The notes under the pieces are model-generated. The model was not told the DNA's origin, ran no database searches, and saw only the letters and a program-made list of their open reading frames with translations. From Candidatus Woesearchaeota archaeon (GTDB lineage Archaea > Nanobdellota > Nanobdellia > Woesearchaeales > JABIAG01): a stretch of DNA of 64,000 nucleotides. Each line of letters opens with the position of its first letter. Positions within the stretch are counted from its first letter, which is position 1. Where the stretch lies: positions 32,001 to 96,000 of the forward strand of contig JABIAG010000002.1 of the NCBI GenBank assembly GCA_018653365.1, given 5' to 3'. This document shows positions 1-10,302 of the stretch, one piece after another. The position numbers and the translations under genes are program-made.

Positions 1-33
1 GGCGATGTTGTAGAAATTATTAGTGGTAAGTAA
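1..33 (+). CDS. 3' end of an upstream gene (GDVVEIISGK*), possibly the TGS-domain C-terminus of a YchF/DRG-type GTPase
   Basis: In-frame from base 1 to TAA at 31-33; resembles TGS-domain ends, but only 10 aa are visible. Confidence 0.3.
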   Translation, partial: GDVVEIISGK

Positions 34-66
34 TCTTTTTAAACATAATTTCCTTCTTTTCTTATT

Positions 67-903
67 ATGACTACAAAATTAGTTGATATTGAATTACATG
101 CCCACCTGCACTTTGATCATTATAGTTTGTATGATGTAATTGAGGTAATGGAAGATAACATGTTGGATGTGCTTGTTCCATTACATTTTGGTTTTGGGTG
201 TTTTGATGAGGTGGCAATGGCTGCTAAAGATCTTCCTGAAGGGTTTTTTAAGGTGGAAAGGGATGAGTTAATGTTGAGAGTTGAACATGAGGGAATGTTC
301 TCTTATTTCTTACGAGGAGTAGAATTTTCAACTCAAGAAGCTAATTGTGATGTTGCCCACATGATTATGGTGGGGCATGATCAGTATGAAGAGAGGCAAC
401 CAATGGATGTTATGATTGATAGAGCATTAGATAAAGATGCACTAGTTATTCTGGATCATCCTTTTGTTGATGCTAAAAATTTGATGAAGGCAATAACTCC
501 TGAGATTGGTCTGGCTTTATTTGAGAGATGTAAAAGATATTCTGGTCGGGTAGCTTTGGAATATAATGGTTATTGTATCCCTTGGGTTAGAGCCCTTTTG
601 GGTGGTAAAGATGTTAATCAGTCTGTTCAGGATTTATCTTTGGCTTTGGAACTTGATGGGTCTAATGTTCCTGTTGTTTCAGGTACTGATCTCCATGCAA
701 GAACTAGAAGGTCATTAAATGCTTTAGGTACTGCTAGAACTTCTATGGATGTGGATACTTCTTCTGGGAGAGCTATGGTGGATTCGTTAAAACAGCAGAT
801 CTTTGATGGGTCACATACCAATAGATATCAAACAGTTCCTTTTTTTACTCATCTCGCACCTTGTTGGGCTATTCCTCATATGTATAGAAAGGTTATGGGT
901 TGA
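67..903 (+). CDS. PHP-family metal-dependent phosphoesterase-like protein
   Basis: ELHAHLH, GVE, DHPF and SGTDLH motifs typical of PHP domains. Confidence 0.65.
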   Translation: MTTKLVDIELHAHLHFDHYSLYDVIEVMEDNMLDVLVPLHFGFGCFDEVAMAAKDLPEGFFKVERDELMLRVEHEGMFSYFLRGVEFSTQEANCDVAHMIMVGHDQYEERQPMDVMIDRALDKDALVILDHPFVDAKNLMKAITPEIGLALFERCKRYSGRVALEYNGYCIPWVRALLGGKDVNQSVQDLSLALELDGSNVPVVSGTDLHARTRRSLNALGTARTSMDVDTSSGRAMVDSLKQQIFDGSHTNRYQTVPFFTHLAPCWAIPHMYRKVMG

Positions 904-906
904 ACA

Positions 907-1335
907 TTATTTTTTAATAAACGTTCTTATCATATTTGCTTTTTCTTTTCTTCCTGTTTTTTCATAACATTCTGCCTCTGTTTTAAGGTCAAAAACGTTT
1001 ACCTCAACTTCTGCACATTTGATTCTTTTTGTTTCATCTAATTTTCTGGAATAAATGCTAGTTTCGTAGTCGGCACAAATTTGTACTTCTACATCTTTGA
1101 TATGCACATTAAATTCTTCACATTCTTCAGAACTGTTTTTTTTGATTTCTGTGGTTTTGTAGTCTTTAAATGCACGTTTTACTTTTTGTATGTCTTTGTT
1201 TTTTATGAGAATGTCTAAATCTTTTGGTTTTGTGTTTATTCCTTGAAGTGCCAAGGAAGTGCTGCCTATTATTGCCCATTTAATGCTTAATCTATTAAGT
1301 ATTGATGCAACGTTTTTTATTACTTCAGATTTCAT
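907..1335 (-). CDS. Nucleotidyltransferase-superfamily protein
   Basis: WAIIGSTSLALQG...PKDLDIL (GS...DxD) motif. Confidence 0.7.
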   Translation of the reverse strand: MKSEVIKNVASILNRLSIKWAIIGSTSLALQGINTKPKDLDILIKNKDIQKVKRAFKDYKTTEIKKNSSEECEEFNVHIKDVEVQICADYETSIYSRKLDETKRIKCAEVEVNVFDLKTEAECYEKTGRKEKANMIRTFIKK

Positions 1336-1715
1336 TTCTTAATAAATTCTTTAAATGTATTCGGTAAATCAATCATGTATTTACCTTCAGAAAGTTTTAC
1401 TATTAATGGTTGTTTTTTAAACAAGCTAACCAGATCTAGTTCATACTTTCCTGGTTGCAATACGCGAACACTCTCAAAGTCTAGTATTACTGGGTCGTCT
1501 TTGTTCCAGTCCTGTCCTACTAAGTCAAAAACATCTTTTTCTAGTTCTGTTTTTTGTTCTTCGGATAACTTTTCAGCAAATTCTTGTTTTTTTAACTTTT
1601 CTAATTTTTCTTTTTTAATATAGAAGAATAATTTTCCACCGCAACTACATCCAGTTAGTATTGCTTTATCTCCGTCATCGTAGAAATTATTACACCGTAC
1701 ACATTGATGGGGCAT
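1332..1715 (-). CDS. oapC: OapC/ArvC (DUF2072) zinc-ribbon protein
   Basis: MPHQCVRC...GCSCGGKLFFY, ESVRVLQPGKYELDL; last gene of the GTPase/DUF2073/DUF2072 triad. Confidence 0.85.
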   Translation of the reverse strand: MPHQCVRCNNFYDDGDKAILTGCSCGGKLFFYIKKEKLEKLKKQEFAEKLSEEQKTELEKDVFDLVGQDWNKDDPVILDFESVRVLQPGKYELDLVSLFKKQPLIVKLSEGKYMIDLPNTFKEFIKK

Positions 1716-1716
1716 T

Positions 1717-2109
1717 TTATCGCTTTTTCCTCTTTTTGGTATCTTTTGTTAATAATTCGATTTTGTCAGGATTTTGTTTTATTTCTTTTACTACTGATGC
1801 TGGTCCGATTATCGTTAGTCCAGTTCTATTTTTCCAGATTGCATTCATCATACTCATTCTTAGTTTGGTTAATAGTGCTGCATCTTTTGATTCTGGATTG
1901 ATTACTGCTAGTTCGATTCCTTTGAATTTTTTACTAATCTCTTCCATTGTTATCGCAATTAGATCTTTTTCTTCTTCTTTTTTTAGACGTCCTTCTAATA
2001 ATACGATTTTGTTTTGTTTAACAATGTCAATTAGTTTTTTTACCCTCATTGCAGATCCCATATCGGAGATCTGAGTGTGTGGTACAAATTGTAGTGTTAG
2101 TCCGGCCAT
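1717..2109 (-). CDS. oapB: OapB/ArvB (DUF2073) protein
   Basis: IVLLEGRL..EE..LI..TM.EI...F.GIE and GLTIIGPA motifs; synteny. Confidence 0.85.
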   Translation of the reverse strand: MAGLTLQFVPHTQISDMGSAMRVKKLIDIVKQNKIVLLEGRLKKEEEKDLIAITMEEISKKFKGIELAVINPESKDAALLTKLRMSMMNAIWKNRTGLTIIGPASVVKEIKQNPDKIELLTKDTKKRKKR

Positions 2110-2111
2110 TT

Positions 2112-2741
2112 TTATTTTACTAGATCAAACAAGCTGTCGTAAAACTTATTCTTGTTCTTTCCATATTTCGCACTTATTCCCACAATTCCATATTGGGGAA
2201 ATGCGCTTTCTATCTTTTTTATATTTGATCTTTTTAAATCTATCTTATTTGCGACTATTAGGACGGGTATGTCTCGGGCCTGTAGATTTCCAATGATTGT
2301 TATGTTTACTTGAGAATATGGGTCTTCGGTTGAGTCTAGAACAACAATTACTGCGTCCATGTTATCTAACCATTTGATTGAGTCTATTACTCCTTTTGTT
2401 GCCTCTTTTGCTCTTTTTTTAGCTTCTTCTTTCTTCATTCCTTTTTTAATAAAGTCTTCATAATCGATTTTTGTTGCAATTCCTGGGGTGTCAACAAGAT
2501 TAAATGTTAGTTCTTTTCCATTTCTTTCTATGTTGATTTGTTCTTTTATGTGGACCTCTCTTGTTTCGTGTGCAACATTGGAGACTGATCCCATTTCTTC
2601 TCCTAGCCAATCTTTACATATCTGGTTTGCTAGAGTTGTTTTTCCGCCGTTTGGGGGTCCATAAAGTCCTAGTTTAACGTGCTTTTTCTTCTTAAATACA
2701 TTCTTCAGAAATTTGTTTACAAACCTTTTTACGAGCCCCAT
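2112..2741 (-). CDS. oapA: Era-like small GTP-binding protein OapA/ArvA
   Basis: GPPNGGKTT, HETR, DTPG, NKID, SAK motifs; synteny with oapB/oapC. Confidence 0.85.
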   Translation of the reverse strand: MGLVKRFVNKFLKNVFKKKKHVKLGLYGPPNGGKTTLANQICKDWLGEEMGSVSNVAHETREVHIKEQINIERNGKELTFNLVDTPGIATKIDYEDFIKKGMKKEEAKKRAKEATKGVIDSIKWLDNMDAVIVVLDSTEDPYSQVNITIIGNLQARDIPVLIVANKIDLKRSNIKKIESAFPQYGIVGISAKYGKNKNKFYDSLFDLVK

Positions 2742-2817
2742 ATTGATCCCCTTTTCTTCATTTTTTTATGCTGGATTGGTGCTTTATATACTTTTCTATT
2801 TTCTAATCCCATTAACA

Positions 2818-2859
2818 AGTTACCACTCACGAGTAGCACAAAAACAAAACATTTATATA
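2818..2859 (+). promoter_or_regulatory. BRE/TATA promoter with an upstream quasi-palindromic site, shared with 23820-23856
   Basis: 2823-2859 aligns ungapped to 23820-23856 at 28/37 positions and ends in the TTTATATA box. Confidence 0.55.
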
Positions 2860-2915
2860 TGAGTTATACGTTCTTACATCATATTAAATTTAAATAATAA
2901 AAAGAGGTTAAAAAA

Positions 2916-3578
2916 ATGGGACAAGCATGGAATGATTTTAAATTTGGATGCGCTTATCACCTTGGTGATTTGGGCATAGGACATTTTGCTACAGTTCTTG
3001 CTATTGCAGCAGCTGTTGGTGGATGTGCAAAGATTAGACCCGATAAACATGCAATGAATGCACTTACTGCTTTATGGCCTGAATCTGAGATAGTTCAATC
3101 TATGCCTGCAGAACCTGCAGAACCCGCTTTACCTAATGATCATTACGCTAACGAGTTAAGAAGTGCTTATAATTCTGCAATGACTTCCTTAGAAGGTAGA
3201 AAAGCAGAGATTATTCGTGCAACTGGTGCACAATCTAGTGAAGGAGGAATGTTAGCAAGTGTTTTGGGTATGGGAATTGATGCAAGACGTGCTCATGTTA
3301 ATGAAAGAAATTCTCGTTCAAGACGTAGTTCAAGACGTAAGTTTGATCATAAAAATTGGGATCGTGCTGCAAATCACGCTGTTGAAGGTGCTGATATTTA
3401 CTTTTCAGTTCCAGAAATTGAGGCAGATGTTGCTGCTTTAAGCCGAGAGTACGATCGGATTCTTGCTGATGGAGAAGTTACTAGAGCAGAAGCATCACGT
3501 TTCAGACCTAAACTGGATCTAGCAGTTGCAAGAAGTGGTTATGGTAAACGTAGACGTTCTACTAGAGGAATTTTTTAA
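2916..3578 (+). CDS. Orphan exported protein, possibly a lipoprotein
   Basis: Hydrophobic stretch ending AAAVGG-C; Arg-rich segments. Confidence 0.55.
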   Translation: MGQAWNDFKFGCAYHLGDLGIGHFATVLAIAAAVGGCAKIRPDKHAMNALTALWPESEIVQSMPAEPAEPALPNDHYANELRSAYNSAMTSLEGRKAEIIRATGAQSSEGGMLASVLGMGIDARRAHVNERNSRSRRSSRRKFDHKNWDRAANHAVEGADIYFSVPEIEADVAALSREYDRILADGEVTRAEASRFRPKLDLAVARSGYGKRRRSTRGIF

Positions 3579-3583
3579 TTTTT

Positions 3584-5074
3584 TTAAATTATTGTTTCTT
3601 TATAATTATCAGTAACCCACTTTAGTAAGGTAGTTATTTGATCGTCAGTTAATGTTGATGCCTTTGTGCTTAGTTGATTTTTAATACCTTTAACTTCTTC
3701 ACTTGTTAGTTTACAAGTTAGTTGAAATGGACTAAATTGCATTGCATTATTGTTGGGTTGTGTTACCTTGATATTTGCTCTTTGGGCCTGTTTTAAATCA
3801 TAATTGTAATCTGCTTTTAGAGTAGTACCTAACCTTCCTCCATGTTGACGTTGACTTCTTTCAAAAAACTCTTTTACAACTTCAAATAAGTTATCTCGTT
3901 TTTCTTTATTCTCTTGATCTATCTTTTGTGTACTTTCTAGTGCTTTTTTAATTGCTTCTTCTACTTGTTTCTCTCTTTGTTCGGCAGTTCTTAGGTTTCC
4001 TGCAACTTCTTTGTGTAGTGCATTTATTGCTGCGGGTTTAGCATTTACAACTAGTTTTCTTACCTTGAATTTTGTACTTGCTATTAGTGCTTCAAAAAAT
4101 TGAGCAAAACTTTTTCTGGTATTTTGTAACTTGCTAATTTGTGAGTTAAATCTGGTTATTTGTGTTGGATCAAAATCATTTGCTGCAAGGGTATTTTGTA
4201 TCGTTGTAATCATTTGATCAATATTTTGTATTTCTGCAATGTTATCTTCATTTTGTTTAAATTCTGTTTGTATATCGCTTAATTTGTGTTCGGCATTTTC
4301 TAAGACTTGTTTTCCTTCGGTACTTGTTCCGAATAGGTTTTGTATTGCTTTAAAGTTTGGGTGTGAAACATCAAATCGAGGTATGTTTCGTATTACTGTT
4401 GTTAATGCTTTTGTGTAAGCGCTTAGATTTGGTCTAATGTTGTGTGCATTTAGGTCATGTATTTTAGATGCCCCTTCTGTTAACATTCCTGAAGGGTCAT
4501 CGTTTAGAAATGCGTTGTCTCGTAAGTTTTTAACTGAAGCATTTATTGTATTTCTTGCACTGTCCATTAACTCTAGCCCTTCTGCTTCCATGGTCATTAT
4601 CGCACCCCTGTTTTTCGCCCAGACGCCTTTTAGTGCGAGTAACATTAGTACTACCACTACGACGATTGCAAATAACCCTACAATGGCCGTCATTCCAAAG
4701 AAGAATGCAACTAATCCTGCAATCATTTCTATTACTGGTGCCGCAAAGATTGATGTTAATGTTAACCCTATTGCTAGTCCTTTATGAACAGACTCTGTAT
4801 CTCCAAGTACTCTTTCTAAGAATTTTTTTGATAGTCCGAAAAATATAAAGTATAATCCAATACCCACGCCAATTGCTAACCAAATAAGAACTTTTTCACG
4901 TCCATAGTTTGCTGGGTGGGGTATTACTATCTCAAATGTTGCCACTTCATCTAACATGTCTAAAGATGGCTTTAACGGTGTTCTTCTTTCTACATCGTCT
5001 ACAGCAAATACAGAAACTGTGGATATTAAAACTAAGGTTAGAACAATCATCCACAGTAATATTTTTTTGTTCAT
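3584..5074 (-). CDS. Hypothetical membrane protein with a long coiled-coil C-terminal region
   Basis: Signal-like N-terminus, several TM segments, helical Q/K/E-rich tail. Confidence 0.6.
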   Translation of the reverse strand: MNKKILLWMIVLTLVLISTVSVFAVDDVERRTPLKPSLDMLDEVATFEIVIPHPANYGREKVLIWLAIGVGIGLYFIFFGLSKKFLERVLGDTESVHKGLAIGLTLTSIFAAPVIEMIAGLVAFFFGMTAIVGLFAIVVVVVLMLLALKGVWAKNRGAIMTMEAEGLELMDSARNTINASVKNLRDNAFLNDDPSGMLTEGASKIHDLNAHNIRPNLSAYTKALTTVIRNIPRFDVSHPNFKAIQNLFGTSTEGKQVLENAEHKLSDIQTEFKQNEDNIAEIQNIDQMITTIQNTLAANDFDPTQITRFNSQISKLQNTRKSFAQFFEALIASTKFKVRKLVVNAKPAAINALHKEVAGNLRTAEQREKQVEEAIKKALESTQKIDQENKEKRDNLFEVVKEFFERSQRQHGGRLGTTLKADYNYDLKQAQRANIKVTQPNNNAMQFSPFQLTCKLTSEEVKGIKNQLSTKASTLTDDQITTLLKWVTDNYKETII

Positions 5075-5077
5075 TCT

Positions 5078-5515
5078 CTATCTCCTTGAATTTGGACTAT
5101 TTAAACCTTGCGATTTTTCTTTAATGATTTCTTCAACTTCGTTATGTGTTGCAAAGTTTATTGGATTCCAGGCATCTAAGTATTTTCTTAAAGTATCTAC
5201 TTCTTCTCTTCGTGCAAAGTTTTTTAGATCTGCAGCCATTTCTACTATTCTTCTTTTTATTAGTCCTATTTCTTTTTCTAATTCCATCATTTTTGAATTG
5301 ATGGTTTTGAGTTCGACGTTTTGTCTTTTATTTATGCTTAGAATGTTGTTTTCAATTAGTTCAGTTTTTCTATCTAAATTTGATAAGCGTTCTTCAATTA
5401 CTTTTACTGCACGTAGTGCTCTTCCTTCTGTGGGAGAAAATGTTGGGGCTTTTTTTGGCGTTTCTTTCTTCTTGCCAAAGGATATTACCTTCTTACCATC
5501 TTTTTCTTCTATCAT
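5078..5515 (-). CDS. Hypothetical coiled-coil protein, divergent from the pilus ATPase
   Basis: 145-aa ORF with heptad character; C-terminal KYLDAWNP. Confidence 0.6.
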   Translation of the reverse strand: MIEEKDGKKVISFGKKKETPKKAPTFSPTEGRALRAVKVIEERLSNLDRKTELIENNILSINKRQNVELKTINSKMMELEKEIGLIKRRIVEMAADLKNFARREEVDTLRKYLDAWNPINFATHNEVEEIIKEKSQGLNSPNSRR

Positions 5516-5588
5516 TTTTCATAATAAAAACTTTTAAATACCCATTGATTCAATACTATATTAATGTTTTGTAAAAAGAGGTGTATTG

Positions 5589-7856
5589 ATGCCTGAGGAT
5601 AAGGAATATAGTTACGAGGTAGTGCGCGAAGGTTCTGATGTAATTCTTAAAGTGAACTATGAGAATGTACTGAGTCCGCCCTCTATAGAGGAGGATCCGG
5701 TTTGTATGTCTCGTACTATTAATATGCTTTTAGAAGCGGGTAAAGTTACAAAACTTATCTTTCAACAGAAACGTGATTTTGAGTATGATTTTGATCAGGT
5801 TCAAATTATTCAAGAGATCGCTTCATTATATAACAAGTTTGTTAAAAATCGAGATTTGATGACGTTTCTACTTGCAAAAGATAATCCTGCTTCAAAATCT
5901 AGACAGGCACTTTTACAAAAGTTTGTTTATAGTATAATGAAAAAGGATCCTTTGGGTGCTTATGTTTTAATTAGAAGGGAGAGAAGAGAACAGGAACACA
6001 TTCTTGAATCTGACCCAAATAATCTTGATAAAGAAACTATTCAAGAGTTTGCTAGAGTTTTGGATCATATGCTTGATGAGTTTGAAGCAACAGCATTAAT
6101 TAAACTTGCTCAACCTTATGTTATGGGATATAAGTTGGGTGATCGTTCAATTTATAAGAAACTTTTCCATCCTACAATTAAACCTGATTTTATGTTTACT
6201 AAGCTTATGGCTTCATATCCTCAGGAAGGGGAGGTTTTAGCTAATTATTCAATTGCTAATACGGATGTTACTATTTTTGAACTTCCTGGTTCTGTTAATT
6301 ACTTGTATCATATTGTTCCTCCTGAGTTTAAACTTACTGAAGCAAAGTATGATTTATTAGACACTGCTAGATCTATAATGGCAGAACACAAACCTACTCG
6401 TTCCGAGTTTGTTAATCCTGCATTGATGCGTGAAGTTTTCTATAATGTTGGTCATGACTTAATTGAGGAGTTAGCAAACAAGCAGGATGTAAGACTTAGA
6501 TTAAAAGAGATCGATGAACTGGCAGAAATCTTAGTTCGATACACTGTCGGTTTTGGGTTAATAGAAATCTTACTTAATGATCCTCAAATTCAAGATATCT
6601 CTATCAATTCTCCAATGGGTAATATTTCAATGTTTATTGTTCATGGCGAGTTTGGAGATTGTAAAACTAATATTATTCCTACTGCTTCTGATGGAGAGTC
6701 CTGGGCTACTAAACTGAGATTGATGTCTGGTCGTCCTTTAGATGAAGCTAACCCTATTCTTGATACTGAACTCGAACTACCAACAGTTAGGGCGAGAATT
6801 GCAGTTATTTCTCCACCGTTAAACCCGTCAGGGTTAGCGTACTCTTGGCGTCGTCACAGAATTAAACCCTGGACGTTACCATTATTTATAAAATATAAAA
6901 TGATGAATCCCTTGGCAGCAGGTTTGATGTCTTTTATTGTTGATGGTGCACGAACTATTCTTGTTGCCGGAACACGTTCCGCTGGTAAGACCTCTTTGTT
7001 GGGAAGTTTGATGGTAGAACTTATGAGGCGGACTAGAATTATTACTGTTGAGGATACTTTAGAACTTCCTTCAGATGCATTAAGAAAGTTTGGTTATAAT
7101 ATTCAACCCTTAAAAGTTGCTGCAGCTCTTTCTAAGGGGTCTAGTGAAGTTCCTGCAGATGAAGGAATTCGGTCTACTTTAAGGTTAGGCGATTCGGCTT
7201 TGTTTGTTGGTGAAGTTCGTTCCACTGAGGCCAAGGCTTTGTACGAAGCTATGAGGGTTGGAGCACTAGCAAATGTTGTTGCAGGTACAATTCACGCAGA
7301 CTCACCGTATGGTATTTATGATAGGGTTGTTAATGATTTAGGCGTTCCTAAAACCTCTTTTAAAGCTACTGATATTGCACTTGTTGCTAATCCAATTAGA
7401 AGTCCGGATGGAATTCATCGTTGGAGAAGGGTCACACAAATTACTGAAGTTAGAAAATTCTGGGAAGAGGATCCTTTGAGAGAAAACGGATTTGCTGATT
7501 TAATGAAGTATGACGCAACAACTGACGAATTACAAGAATCTGAGGTTTTAATTAATGGTGAATCTGAAATTCTTAAGGCAATTGCAGGTAATGTTAAGGA
7601 ATGGGCAGGTAATTGGGATGCAGTGTGGGATAATGTTTTGTTAAGAACTAAGATTAAAGAAAGAGTTGTCAAGGCCGCTGCACAAACGGGAGATGACAAC
7701 TTATTAGAAGCGGGTTTTGTTATTGTTGCAAATGATGAATTTCATAAGATTTCAGAAAGGGTTCGTGAGGAGGTTGGAGCTCTGGATTCAGATCGAATTT
7801 ATTTTGAGTGGGAGTCTTGGTTAAAAACTGCGTTAACTAAAAAGAAATTTTTATAA
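5589..7856 (+). CDS. Type IV pilus/type II secretion assembly ATPase (TadA/FlaI/VirB11 family)
   Basis: Walker A GTRSAGKTS, TVEDTLEL, VGEVR, GTIHADS; SD-like GAGGTG upstream of ATG 5589. Confidence 0.92.
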   Translation: MPEDKEYSYEVVREGSDVILKVNYENVLSPPSIEEDPVCMSRTINMLLEAGKVTKLIFQQKRDFEYDFDQVQIIQEIASLYNKFVKNRDLMTFLLAKDNPASKSRQALLQKFVYSIMKKDPLGAYVLIRRERREQEHILESDPNNLDKETIQEFARVLDHMLDEFEATALIKLAQPYVMGYKLGDRSIYKKLFHPTIKPDFMFTKLMASYPQEGEVLANYSIANTDVTIFELPGSVNYLYHIVPPEFKLTEAKYDLLDTARSIMAEHKPTRSEFVNPALMREVFYNVGHDLIEELANKQDVRLRLKEIDELAEILVRYTVGFGLIEILLNDPQIQDISINSPMGNISMFIVHGEFGDCKTNIIPTASDGESWATKLRLMSGRPLDEANPILDTELELPTVRARIAVISPPLNPSGLAYSWRRHRIKPWTLPLFIKYKMMNPLAAGLMSFIVDGARTILVAGTRSAGKTSLLGSLMVELMRRTRIITVEDTLELPSDALRKFGYNIQPLKVAAALSKGSSEVPADEGIRSTLRLGDSALFVGEVRSTEAKALYEAMRVGALANVVAGTIHADSPYGIYDRVVNDLGVPKTSFKATDIALVANPIRSPDGIHRWRRVTQITEVRKFWEEDPLRENGFADLMKYDATTDELQESEVLINGESEILKAIAGNVKEWAGNWDAVWDNVLLRTKIKERVVKAAAQTGDDNLLEAGFVIVANDEFHKISERVREEVGALDSDRIYFEWESWLKTALTKKKFL

Positions 7857-7857
7857 A

Positions 7858-10101
7858 ATGAATGGAAGTATAAAGGAGTTAAAAAAGAGGTATAGAGATG
7901 AGCTTGAGAAAAAGCTAACCGTTTCTTCTGATGATTTAAAACCTATTAAGACTAAAGAGTATGTTCAGTTTAAAAAAGAGTTAAAACCCAAGTCTGTTGA
8001 CTGGTATGAAAAATTATGTAACTCTTTTGAACACATTTTCAAATTTACTCCCTCTCCTAAAGCTAGACAAAAATTATTAGAACAAATTAACATAGCTCAT
8101 ATGAATGTTACGCCCGAGGGAGTTTACACCCTTTCATATTTACTTCCTCTCTCTTTACTTTTGCTTTCTGTTGTTGGTTTTGCGCTTGTTCCAATGTTGA
8201 TTGGGGGCAATATTTCCATGTTTTTCTTGGGGATGGCCATGATTGTTAGTTTATTATTGATCGTGCCTTTGCAAAAATATCCTTCTTATTTGGCCACGGC
8301 TTGGCGGTTGAAATCTTCTAATCAGATGGTTTTGTGTGTGTTTTATCTTGTTACTTATATGCGTCAATCCTCTAATCTTGAACGAGCAATAGAGTTTGCA
8401 GGCGATCATTTGGATCCTCCTCTTTCTTTGGATCTTAAAAAAATATTGTGGAACGTTGAAAACAGAACATTTAGCTCTATGACTGATGCTCTGGATGAGT
8501 ATCTAATAAGTTGGAAGCGATTTAGTGATGAATTCATTGATGCTATTCATTTAATTCAGTCCTCTTTATTGGAGGGGAATGAGAGTAGACGGTTGGCACT
8601 TCTTGACAAGTCTTTAGATGTTATTCTTGAAGGCACTTATGAAAAAATGTTGCATTATGCTCAAAATCTTAAGAACCCAATTACAACCTTGCACATGTTG
8701 GGTGTTATTCTACCTGTTTTAGGTCTAGTTATCCTGCCTTTGGCGGTTAGTTTTATGGAGGGTTTGCAGTGGTATCATCTTGCAGTATTTTATAATTTTT
8801 TATTGCCAATTGTTGTATTCTTTCTTTCTAAGAGTATTCTTTCGACGCGTCCTGCTGGTTATGGTGATTCAGATATTAGTGAGCACATTAAGGGTTTGAA
8901 GAAATATAAGAAAGTGGGTATTTTTGGTAAGAAGATTAGAATGTCTCCTGCATTAATTGGGGGCATGATTTTTGTTGTTCTTCTTTTAATTGGTTTAATT
9001 CCAATATTTGTTTTTCCTGCAGGTGTTGAAGATACGTGTTGGGATTTCAAAAATGAAGGCTTCTTTTGTAATGATATTGAGGAAGAGGCCTGTCGTATTA
9101 CTTATTGTGCTTGGCAGTATAAGCTAGTTGAAGGGCAATTTTCTCAGTTAATTCTTAATCCTAATTCTTTTGATGTTCGTGATAAGTTAGATCGTGGTGC
9201 GGACGTTATTGGACCTTTTGGGGTCATTGCAGCACTGATGAGTTTACTAATTCCAATTGGTGCAGGTGTTGGTTTGGGTTATTATTATAAGATGCGTTCC
9301 ACTCGTGTTCTAAAAGTTAGAAAAGAAACAAAGATGATGGAGAAAGAGTTCTCTACTGCACTATTTCAGTTAGGTAATCGGTTGGGTGATGGTCTGCCTG
9401 CAGAACTCGCAATTCCTCGGGTTGCTACAATTATGGAGGGTAGTATCTCTGGTAATTTTTTCTCTCAAGTAAGTATGAACATGCAGAAGTTGGGAATGGG
9501 TTTGGCACCTGCTATTTTTGATAAAGAACATGGTGCAATTAATTATTTCCCTTCTAAAATTATTGAATCCGCTATGAAAGTTTTGGTAGAGTCGGTTAAG
9601 AAAGGTCCTTTGGTGGCTGCTCAGGCAGTTAATAACATTGCACGGTATATTAAAGAGATACATCGTGTTAATGAACGTTTAAAGGATTTGCTTGCAGATA
9701 TTATCTCCTCTATGCGTCAGCAAATTAATTTCCTTGCACCTATGATTTCAGGTGTTGTTGTGGGTATCACTTCTATGATTACGTTTATTCTTGGTAGGTT
9801 AAAGACTCAGGCTGCTGGTTTTGATGTTGGTGATGCTTCCTCTTTCCTTACTATGATGGGTGAAGGAATTCCTACGTATTTCTTTCAGTTAGTTGTTGGT
9901 TTGTATGTTGTTGAGATAGTTTTCATCTTGTCTATTATGGCAAATTCTATTGAGAATGGTAATGATAAGTTGGGTGAACGTGCCACTCTTGGTAAGAACT
10001 TACTTAAGTCCACTATGTTATATGCAACTATTGCTTTCTTTGTAATGATGGCCTTCCAGTTAATGGCTGGTGAGATAATTAGTAAAACTGGTTTGATTTA
10101 A
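7858..10101 (+). CDS. Type IV pilus platform membrane protein (T2SSF/TadC/FlaJ-like, two repeats)
   Basis: Multi-TM; directly follows the ATPase; two T2SSF-like soluble domains. Confidence 0.8.
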   Translation: MNGSIKELKKRYRDELEKKLTVSSDDLKPIKTKEYVQFKKELKPKSVDWYEKLCNSFEHIFKFTPSPKARQKLLEQINIAHMNVTPEGVYTLSYLLPLSLLLLSVVGFALVPMLIGGNISMFFLGMAMIVSLLLIVPLQKYPSYLATAWRLKSSNQMVLCVFYLVTYMRQSSNLERAIEFAGDHLDPPLSLDLKKILWNVENRTFSSMTDALDEYLISWKRFSDEFIDAIHLIQSSLLEGNESRRLALLDKSLDVILEGTYEKMLHYAQNLKNPITTLHMLGVILPVLGLVILPLAVSFMEGLQWYHLAVFYNFLLPIVVFFLSKSILSTRPAGYGDSDISEHIKGLKKYKKVGIFGKKIRMSPALIGGMIFVVLLLIGLIPIFVFPAGVEDTCWDFKNEGFFCNDIEEEACRITYCAWQYKLVEGQFSQLILNPNSFDVRDKLDRGADVIGPFGVIAALMSLLIPIGAGVGLGYYYKMRSTRVLKVRKETKMMEKEFSTALFQLGNRLGDGLPAELAIPRVATIMEGSISGNFFSQVSMNMQKLGMGLAPAIFDKEHGAINYFPSKIIESAMKVLVESVKKGPLVAAQAVNNIARYIKEIHRVNERLKDLLADIISSMRQQINFLAPMISGVVVGITSMITFILGRLKTQAAGFDVGDASSFLTMMGEGIPTYFFQLVVGLYVVEIVFILSIMANSIENGNDKLGERATLGKNLLKSTMLYATIAFFVMMAFQLMAGEIISKTGLI

Positions 10102-10120
10102 TTCTTTTTAGAAAATAAGG

Positions 10121-10197
10121 TGGGGCAACCGGGATTTATGTCATCACTTCGTTCTGGACAAATCCCTATTGTTTGTAAACCAATTTAGGATAAGAAA
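10121..10197 (-). repeat. 17-bp duplication of the tRNA-Phe 3' end carried on a GAACGAAGTGA-capped hairpin
   Basis: 10121-10137 is identical to 10198-10214; hairpin 10131-10166 with loop motif at 10144-10154. Confidence 0.85.
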
Positions 10198-10302
10198 TGG
10201 GGCAACCGGGATTTGAACCCGGGACACCTGCGTCTTCAGCGCAGCGCTCTCCCAGTCTGAGCTATTGTTCTGGTTTCAAAAGCCGTAACTTCCAAAATCC
10301 CC
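10198..10302 (-). tRNA. tRNA-Phe(GAA) with a 31-nt intron at 4/5 (10268-10298)
   Basis: Removing 10268-10298 restores the acceptor stem GGGGCAA/TTGCCCC-A; canonical D, anticodon (CT GAA GA) and T arms; bulge-helix geometry fits. Confidence 0.9.

Noticed and set aside
5589-10101. Archaellum (flaI/flaJ) operon
   Set aside because: No archaellin, flaH or flaF/G genes adjacent; generic type IV pilus machinery is more likely.
10121-10214. attL/attR of a full integrated virus or plasmid (also 37391-37465)
   Set aside because: Inserts are only 60 and 47 bp and no integrase is visible; a deleted remnant cannot be fully excluded.
10198-10271. tRNA-Phe pseudogene with a broken acceptor stem
   Set aside because: Fully explained by the 4/5 intron.
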